6,346 nt of DNA, taken from the IMG/VR virus record IMGVR_UViG_2597490253_000008. One strand, written 5' to 3'. A program made the position numbers and the translations under genes. This DNA is from a virus (lineage: Duplodnaviria > Heunggongvirae > Uroviricota > Caudoviricetes). Positions 1 to 5,242 of this stretch are shown here, one piece after another; within the stretch, counting starts at the first letter, position 1; each line of letters begins with the position of its first letter. The notes under the pieces were generated by a model. It was not told the DNA's origin. It saw nothing but the letters and a program-made list of their open reading frames with translations, and ran no database searches.

Positions 1-383
1 CCCTTTGAGGTGGTTTCCACCAGTGCCTGCACGCCGAAAGTAAAACGCAGACGGTCAATGTTTGCCGACGTGATGGTCCGGGTGATCGGCGTGTCATATT
101 TCACTTCTGTACCGAGCACCGTCTCGGAGCCGGAGGATTCAAATCCCTCCGGCGGAGTCTGCTCCTGCTCACCGGCCCGGAACACCACCGTGACGCCGAA
201 TATATTGGTATTCCCCTCACTGTCCAGCACCGGCGTACTGTTCAGCAGCACGCTTTTTAATCCATCCACCGGACCTTCAACCGGCCCTTCGCTGATGGCG
301 TCTATCACGCTCAGCATCTGGGATGATTTCAGGTTGTCCTTCGCTTCGCGCGGGGTATGCCCCTTACTGCTGCCTTTACCCAT
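1..383 (-). CDS. J: Tail tip fibre / host-specificity protein J, N-terminal 127 codons (runs off the left edge of the window)
   Basis: Reverse complement of 381-383 is ATG. My own translation reads MGKGSSKGHTPREAKDNLKSSQMLSVIDAISEGPVEGPVDGLKSVLLNSTPVLDSEGNTNIFGVTVVFRAGEQEQTPPEGFESSGSETVLGTEVKYDTPITRTITSANIDRLRFTFGVQALVETTSKG with no stop to position 3. This is near-identical to the lambda gpJ N-terminus as I recall it. It is absent from the ORF track because it has no in-window stop. Confidence 0.93.
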   Translation of the reverse strand, partial: MGKGSSKGHTPREAKDNLKSSQMLSVIDAISEGPVEGPVDGLKSVLLNSTPVLDSEGNTNIFGVTVVFRAGEQEQTPPEGFESSGSETVLGTEVKYDTPITRTITSANIDRLRFTFGVQALVETTSK

Positions 384-399
384 TCCTCATGCTCCATAA

Positions 400-425
400 A
401 CGATAAAACCGCCCGGAGGCGGTTT
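400..425 (-). terminator. Intergenic GC-rich hairpin with U-tract between I and J (terminator- or attenuator-like; function unproven)
   Basis: Plus strand 406-413 AAACCGCC, loop 414-417 CGGA, 418-425 GGCGGTTT: a perfect 8-bp stem with a 4-nt loop. On the minus (coding) strand the stem is followed by UUUUAUCGUUUAU, then a GGAG/GAGGA Shine-Dalgarno-like stretch and the J ATG at 383. Confidence 0.3.
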
Positions 426-443
426 CACATAAAACATTTTGCA

Positions 444-1085
444 TCAGCGACCAATCACCACAACCTGACCACCATCCCCTTCGTCTGCCGTGCTGATCTC
501 CTGAGAAACCACGCGTGACCCCACGCGCATTTCACCGTACAGAACCGGCAGAACATTGCCCTGGGCAACCATGTTATCCAGTGAGGAGAAATAGGTGTTC
601 TGTTTGCCGTTATCCGTTGTCTGTGTACGGGGAGTTCTGGCTTTCGGTGCCAGCATCTGCGCCACACCACCAAGCGTCATCGCCGCACCCATTGAAAAGA
701 GAATGTCACTGAAAGCGATACTGATCCCCGGCATCCAGATTGCCGTAGCAATCAACGCCGCACCCAGCACCGCCTGAAACACACCGCCACTTTTTGCTCC
801 CGCAAGACGCGGCACGATGTGGATCACGGCACCATTTGCCAGCGGCTCATTAAGACGGGATGATAATTCGGTTTCTCCTGCATCCCGCCCGGCAATCCGT
901 ACCTGATACCAGCCATCGCTCAGTTTCTGACGAAACGCCGGGAGCTGTGTGGCCAGTGCCCGGATGGCTTCAGCCCCCGTTTTCACACGAAGGTCGATGC
1001 GGCGGCCAAATCGTTGCAAATCCCCGTAAAGGCAGATGCGTGCCATTCCCGGTGACGCCAGAGGGAGTGTGTGCGTCGCTGCCAT
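444..1085 (-). CDS. I: Tail tip assembly protein I, allele A (213 aa, complete)
   Basis: ORF-track protein begins MAATHTLPLASPGMARICLYGDLQRFGRRIDLRVKTGAEAIRALATQLP, matching lambda gpI. ATG at 1083-1085 (rc) with GAGG about 11 nt upstream; TGA stop at 444-446 (rc). The start overlaps the K allele A 3' end by 103 nt in another frame. Confidence 0.93.
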   Translation of the reverse strand: MAATHTLPLASPGMARICLYGDLQRFGRRIDLRVKTGAEAIRALATQLPAFRQKLSDGWYQVRIAGRDAGETELSSRLNEPLANGAVIHIVPRLAGAKSGGVFQAVLGAALIATAIWMPGISIAFSDILFSMGAAMTLGGVAQMLAPKARTPRTQTTDNGKQNTYFSSLDNMVAQGNVLPVLYGEMRVGSRVVSQEISTADEGDGGQVVVIGR

Positions 1086-1618
1086 TTGTCGGTATACCTC
1101 TCTCGTTTACTCAGTTGTTCAGGAATATGGTGCAGCAGCTCACCGTCGCCGCAGTAAATGGCGGCGTGATTCGGCACCGATGAACCAAAACAGCACAGCA
1201 GCACATCGCCCGGCTGCGCCTCTGTCAGTGCGACACGGTAAAAACCAGTAGCCTCCATATTGTCAAGATAGAGATTCTGACCGTGACGCCACCAGTCATC
1301 CCCGCGATGAAAATCCGGCATCTCAATCCCCGCCAGATGGTAAGCATCCCGGAACAGTGTGTAACAGTCTGTCACCCCGTACTCAAAGCGCCGCCCGGTG
1401 AGATGCGGCACACAGCGGAACTTGTGAATCGCCCCCCGGCAGACCAGCCACCACGGCAAATCGCTCTGCACCTGCAGCCGCCGGTCAGCCTCACTCAGCC
1501 AGGGCAGACCACCGGGGTGGCTGTGGACCAGCGCCACAATCTCACCCTGCATCTCTGCCTGCAGCCAGTCCTCCGGAGCCATCCGGAAATACGCCTCCGG
1601 CTCACCGGAGATATTCAC
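884..1618. repeat. Direct repeat copy 1 (K/I region, allele A); partner at 1871-2605, offset 987 bp
   Basis: Aligned by eye: about 93-95% identity with scattered substitutions. The terminal ~98 nt (1521-1618 vs 2508-2605) appear identical and abut the N gap. Left of ~884 similarity falls to ~70% (divergent central part of I). Confidence 0.9.
983..1618 (-). CDS. K: Tail tip assembly protein K, allele A, 5'-truncated by the N gap (about 36 N-terminal codons missing)
   Basis: The ORF-track 983..1645 protein from VNISGEPEAYFRMAPEDW... to ...AAASTFV aligns to residues 37-247 of the complete K copy at 1970..2713. It contains the HSHPGGLPWLSEAD (JAMM) and DCYTL / NHAAIY (NlpC/P60-like) motifs. The leading MPVWCXXXX of the track ORF is an artefact of reading across the gap. 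Confidence 0.85.
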   Translation of the reverse strand: MNISGEPEAYFRMAPEDWLQAEMQGEIVALVHSHPGGLPWLSEADRRLQVQSDLPWWLVCRGAIHKFRCVPHLTGRRFEYGVTDCYTLFRDAYHLAGIEMPDFHRGDDWWRHGQNLYLDNMEATGFYRVALTEAQPGDVLLCCFGSSVPNHAAIYCGDGELLHHIPEQLSKRERYTDKWQRRTHSLWRHREWHASAFTGICNDLAAASTFV

Positions 1619-1628
1619 NNNNNNNNNN
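1619..1628. other. Assembly gap (10 N)
   Basis: Run of 10 n characters. The two sides are not adjacent in gene coordinates: the left side is K codon 37 onward, the right side is I codon 148 going backward. Confidence 0.99.
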
Positions 1629-2072
1629 GAGCACCATACTGGCACCGAGAGAAAACAGGATGCCGGTCATACCACCGGCCCCAATGGCTGCCCCCCATGC
1701 TGCAAGGGTGGCTCCGGCGGTAAAGAATGATCCGGCAATGGCGGCAGCCCCCAGGACAATCTGGAATACGCCACCTGACTTGGCCCCGGCGACTCTGGGA
1801 ACAATATGAATCACAGCGCCATCAGGCAGAGTCTCATGTAACTGCGCCGTTAACCCGGACGTGCTGACGTCCCGCCCGGCAATCCGTACCTGATACCAGC
1901 CGTCGCTCAGTTTCTGACGAAACACCGGGAGCTGTGTGGCCAGTGCGCGGATGGCTTCAGCCCCCGTTTTCACACGAAGGTCGATGCGGCGGCCAAATCG
2001 TTGTAAATCCCCGTAAAGGCAGATGCGCGCCATGCCCGGTGACGCCAGAGGGAGTGTGTGCGTCGCTGCCAT
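1629..2072 (-). CDS. I: Tail tip assembly protein I, allele B (lambda-type), 3'-truncated by the N gap (first 148 codons present)
   Basis: MAATHTLPLASPGMARICLYGDLQRF...RIAGRDVSTSGLTAQLHETLPDGAVIHIVPRVAGAKSGGVFQIVLGAAAIAGSFFTAGATLAAWGAAIGAGGMTGILFSLGASMVL, then the N run. 2072-1629+1 = 444 nt = 148 codons exactly. The XXXXEYLR tail in the track ORF is a gap artefact. Confidence 0.88.
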
Positions 2073-2605
2073 TTGTCGGTATACCTCTCTCGTTTACTCA
2101 GTTGTTCAGGAATATGGTGCAGCAGCTCGCCGTCACCACAGTAAATAGCGGCATGATTCGGCACCGATGAACCAAAGCAGCACAGCAGCACATCGCCCGG
2201 CTGCGCCGCTGACAACGGCACCTGATACAGCCCTGTGGCCTCCAGATTATCAAGATAGAGATTCTGGCCGTTACGCCACCAGTCATCCTCACGATGAAAG
2301 TCCGGCATCTCAATCCCCGCCAGATGGTAAGCGTCCCGGAACAGCGTGTAACAGTCCGTCACCCCGTGCTCAAAGCGCCGCCCGGTGAGATGCGGCACAC
2401 AGCGGAACTTATGAATCGCCCCCCGGCAGACCAGCCACCACGGCAAATCACTCTGCACCTGCAGCCGCCGGTCGGCCTCACTCAGCCAGGGCAGACCACC
2501 GGGATGACTGTGGACCAGCGCCACAATCTCACCCTGCATCTCTGCCTGCAGCCAGTCCTCCGGAGCCATCCGGAAATACGCCTCCGGCTCACCGGAGATA
2601 TTCAC
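1871..2605. repeat. Direct repeat copy 2 (K/I region, allele B); partner at 884-1618
   Basis: Same alignment as copy 1: K stop 983 vs 1970 and I start 1085 vs 2072 are both offset by 987 bp. Confidence 0.9.
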
Positions 2606-2713
2606 GCAGGGAAAATATCTTTCCCCCTCCGGCGCTCTCACCACGAAGCCGCACGACTCCGCTGGCGCACATCGCCGGGCATGCGCCAGAATCGCTGATT
2701 CTGTCTCTGTCAT
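1970..2713 (-). CDS. K: Tail tip assembly protein K, allele B (247-aa long form; JAMM/MPN plus NlpC/P60-like domains)
   Basis: ATG (rc of 2711-2713) lies 5 nt after the L stop (TAA, rc of 2719-2721). The protein MTETESAILAHARRCAPAESCGFVVRAPEGERYFPCVNISGEPEAYFRMAPEDW... carries H68-S-H70-x7-S78-x2-D81 (JAMM signature) and downstream Cys/His motifs. The stop at 1970-1972 overlaps the I start by 103 nt. Confidence 0.9.
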   Translation of the reverse strand: MTETESAILAHARRCAPAESCGFVVRAPEGERYFPCVNISGEPEAYFRMAPEDWLQAEMQGEIVALVHSHPGGLPWLSEADRRLQVQSDLPWWLVCRGAIHKFRCVPHLTGRRFEHGVTDCYTLFRDAYHLAGIEMPDFHREDDWWRNGQNLYLDNLEATGLYQVPLSAAQPGDVLLCCFGSSVPNHAAIYCGDGELLHHIPEQLSKRERYTDKWQRRTHSLWRHRAWRASAFTGIYNDLAAASTFV

Positions 2714-2718
2714 GGGAT

Positions 2719-3417
2719 TTACTGCGAAAGTTTGTTAATGGAAAGGAAGCCGCCAAAGTTGCCGACGTTATTGCGAAACTTACAGCCGCTCAGGCATTTG
2801 CTGCATTTATCCTTCGTGATATCGGAAGTCGGCTGATCATATTCATCCGCGACCGCCGGACCGTGATAACCGCACTCATCACCGCGATAGGTCCAGGTGC
2901 AGGTATTAGCCAGCATGATGCGCCCCGGAAAAACGGCACCATCCGTTTCCGTCGGTGTGGACAGTACAAAGGAGGCACTGACCGCACTCAGTTCGCTGCA
3001 CTGCTCGATGCGCCAGCGGCTGATCACCTCCTGCTCCGGATCGGCGTCGCTGTTTCCGTTGACGAAGTTCACCGCATCCAGAAAACGGGCGTAAACCTTA
3101 CGCCTGACCACCGTTCCGCCGACCAGACTCTGCAGATCTTCCACCATCCCGGTGACCATACCGTACAGGTTAGAAACCGTCAGCGTGGGGCGCGTACTGG
3201 TGCCTTTGCCATTCAGTTCAAAACTACTCCCCTGAATGGGATACGGCTGATACTGTCGCCCCTGCCAGGTGACCGGCTCACCTTTTTCGTTCTGCTCATT
3301 ACAGAAAAAATAACGTTCTCCACCGACCTCTGTCAGATCGATTTCCCAGAGCACCACGCTGGCCGACTGCTCCGCACGGGTGCATTCATTCAATGTTTCC
3401 TGCCGGATATCCTGCAT
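2719..3417 (-). CDS. L: Tail tip protein L (232 aa)
   Basis: MQDIRQETLNECTRAEQSASVVLWEIDLTEVGGERYFFCNEQ... matches lambda gpL. The start ATG (rc 3415-3417) overlaps the M stop TGA (rc 3417-3419) as ATGA. C-terminal cysteine cluster CTWTYRGDEC ... CSKCLSGC. Confidence 0.95.
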   Translation of the reverse strand: MQDIRQETLNECTRAEQSASVVLWEIDLTEVGGERYFFCNEQNEKGEPVTWQGRQYQPYPIQGSSFELNGKGTSTRPTLTVSNLYGMVTGMVEDLQSLVGGTVVRRKVYARFLDAVNFVNGNSDADPEQEVISRWRIEQCSELSAVSASFVLSTPTETDGAVFPGRIMLANTCTWTYRGDECGYHGPAVADEYDQPTSDITKDKCSKCLSGCKFRNNVGNFGGFLSINKLSQ

Positions 3418-3746
3418 CAGTTCACCACCTGTTCAAACTCTGCGCTGAACTCAACACGCAGCATACTGACCCGCGACGACCATTTTGCGCAGGTCACCTT
3501 TATCTGCCTGTAACCATAAGGCGGCGTCCACAGAAAGGCCTTCCAGCCCCCGTGCTCAGCCAGAAACGACTCCAGCGCCGTGGCCTCCTCACGGGAGACA
3601 GACAGCGTCACGCTGTACGTTTTCAGGTCAGCGTTCAGCCCGGCAGGCGCACGCTGGGAATAGCCATCACCAAAGCGCACCTCCCTGACGGAAGGAGCCG
3701 ATGTCACATCCATCCCGGGTTTCACTTTCCAGCGGAAGGTTTTCAT
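3417..3746 (-). CDS. M: Tail tip protein M (109 aa)
   Basis: MKTFRWKVKPGMDVTSAPSVREVRFGDGYSQRAPAGLNADLKTYSVTLSVSREEATALESFLAEHGGWKAFLWTPPYGYRQIKVTCAKWSSRVSMLRVEFSAEFEQVVN matches lambda gpM. The ATG (rc 3744-3746) overlaps the H stop TGA (rc 3743-3745) as ATGA. Confidence 0.95.
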   Translation of the reverse strand: MKTFRWKVKPGMDVTSAPSVREVRFGDGYSQRAPAGLNADLKTYSVTLSVSREEATALESFLAEHGGWKAFLWTPPYGYRQIKVTCAKWSSRVSMLRVEFSAEFEQVVN

Positions 3747-4499
3747 CGTCCACCTCCGGAGAACAGACCACCATCGCGCATCTGTGCCTGGATTTCATCA
3801 CGGGCACCCTTGCGGGCCATGTCATACACCGCCTTCATCATCTGTGGACCTGGCAGACCATTCGTACCGTCGTTCTGAATCACCACGTTGTTGTTCTGCT
3901 CAAACCTGATACCCTCTGAACGCCGCATTTGCGCCGGACTTCCGGTGCCACCGACATAACCGCCGGTGGCATAGCCGCGCATCAGCCGGTAGAGATTTCC
4001 CACGCCAATCCGGCTGGTTGCCTCCTTCGTGAAGACAAATTCACCACGGTGAACAATCCCCGCTGGCTCATATTTGCCGCCGGTTCCCGTAAATCCTCCG
4101 GTTGCAAAATGGAGTTTCGCCGCAGCGGCCTGAATGGCTGTACCGCCTGACGCGGATGCGCCGCCACCAACAGCCCCGCCAATAGCGCTGCCGATACTCC
4201 CGACAATCCCCACCATTGCCTGCTTAAGCAGAATTTCTGTCATCATGGACAGCACGGAACGGGTGAAGCTGCGCCAGTTCTGTTCACTGCCGGTCAGCAT
4301 CGCCGCCATATTCTGCGCAATACCATCAAAGGTCTGCGTGGCAGCACTTTTAACCTGCGACATACTGTCCGTGGCACTCTCTTCCCACTCACTCCAGCCG
4401 GACTTCAGGCCTGCCATCCAGTTCCCGCGAAGCAGGTCTTCAGCCGCCCTGGTCTTTTTCTGCTCTGACATGACGTTATTCAGCGCCAGAGGATTATCG
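3743..4499 (-). CDS. H: Tape measure protein H, allele B, C-terminal about 252 codons (5'-truncated at the N gap)
   Basis: The track ORF 3743..4471 starts at an internal ATG (MSEQKKTRAAEDLLRGNWMAG...LFSGGGR stop). The same frame stays open upstream to the gap, reading ...DNPLALNNV before MSEQKK, so this is an internal part of H and not an independent gene. Gly/Ala-rich hydrophobic segment AMVGIVGSIGSAIGGAVGGGASASGGTAIQAAAA. Confidence 0.9.
3767..4499. repeat. Direct repeat copy 1 (H 3' region, allele B); partner at 4510-5242, offset 743 bp
   Basis: Patchy identity. Near-identical core (about 3961-4390 vs 4704-5133) and a ~95% block at 3767-3837 vs 4510-4580. Divergent patches at about 3838-3960 vs 4581-4703 and near 4440-4499 vs 5183-5242. 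Confidence 0.88.
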
Positions 4500-4509
4500 N
4501 NNNNNNNNN
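4500..4509. other. Assembly gap (10 N)
   Basis: Run of 10 n characters. The right side ends at H codon ...RDGG (7 codons before the H stop); the left side resumes about 245 codons earlier in H (DNPLALNNVMSEQKK). The track ORF 4480..6336 reads across it out of frame (IILWR stop is an artefact). Confidence 0.99.
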
Positions 4510-5242
4510 TCCACCATCACGCATCTGTGTCTGAATTTCATCACGGGCACCCTTGCGGGCCATGTCATACACCGCCTTCAGAGCAGCCGGACCTATCTGC
4601 CCGTTCGTGCCGTCGTTGTTAATCACCACATGGTTATTCTGCTCAAACGTCCCGGACGCCTGCGACCGGCTGTCAGCCAGACTGCCCGGTGTACCGACAT
4701 AACCACCGGTGGCATAGCCGCGCATCAGCCGATAGAGATTCCCCACGCCAATCCGGCTGGTTGCCTCCTTTGTGAAGACAAATTCACCACGGTGAACAAT
4801 CCCCGCTGGCTCATATTTGCCGCCGGTTCCCGTAAATCCTCCGGTTGCAAAATGGAATTTCGCCGCAGCGGCCTGAATGGCTGTACCGCCTGACGCGGAT
4901 GCGCCGCCACCAACAGCCCCGCCAATGGCGCTGCCGATACTCCCGACAATCCCCACCATTGCCTGCTTAAGCAGAATTTCTGTCATCATGGACAGCACGG
5001 AACGGGTGAATCCCCGCCAGTTCTGTTCGCTGCCGGTCAGCATCGCCGCCATATTCTGTGCAATACCGTCAAAGGTCTGCGTGGCCACACTTTTAACCTG
5101 CGAAAAACTGTCCGTCGCACTTTCCGCCCACTCTCCCCAGCCGGACTTCATCCCGGCCATCCAGCTTCCACGAAGCTGCTCCTCCGCAGACCAGGTGTTC
5201 TTCAGTGCCGATGTGGCCTTCGCCAGCGCAGCCGGATTATCA
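4510..5242. repeat. Direct repeat copy 2 (H 3' region, allele A); partner at 3767-4499
   Basis: Same alignment as copy 1. Begins immediately right of the 10-N gap. Confidence 0.88.

Noticed and set aside
10-399. Plus-strand ORF of 129 aa at the left end
   Set aside because: Lies entirely antisense to the J N-terminal coding sequence, which matches lambda gpJ residue for residue. Low-complexity, Pro/Ser-rich translation typical of a shadow ORF in GC-rich coding DNA.
983-2072. ORF-track models 983..1645 (start MPVWCXXXX) and 1602..2072 (end XXXXEYLR) as complete genes
   Set aside because: Both termini are created by translating through the 10-N gap at 1619-1628. The real features are a 5'-truncated K and a 3'-truncated I.
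2569-2713. Short-form K start at the internal Met (MAPEDW...)
   Set aside because: It would leave about 150 nt untranslated after L in an otherwise tightly coupled operon and would truncate the predicted JAMM/MPN domain. The long ORF is preferred, though the true start needs experimental confirmation.
2863-3878. Long plus-strand ORFs (2863..3513, 216 aa; 3393..3878, 161 aa) and other plus-strand ORFs (515..777, 860..1251, 1283..1723, 1934..2698, 3929..4150, 4134..4622, 4630..5290, 5322..5564, 5712..6164)
   Set aside because: All are antisense to recognisable L, M, H, K or I coding sequence. Several occur in pairs only because they lie inside the duplicated segments. No start-context or motif support; treated as shadow ORFs. 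A real antisense gene cannot be excluded without expression data, but nothing in the sequence argues for one.
3743-4471. H allele B fragment as an independent 242-aa gene starting at MSEQKK
   Set aside because: The reading frame stays open upstream of the ATG to the gap (DNPLALNNV), and the sequence is collinear with the interior of lambda gpH. It is the C-terminal part of a tape measure gene, not a separate ORF.
884-5242. CRISPR array or other short interspersed repeat
   Set aside because: The repeats are two long (~730 bp) diverged copies of protein-coding sequence, each present exactly twice, with no short regularly spaced units.
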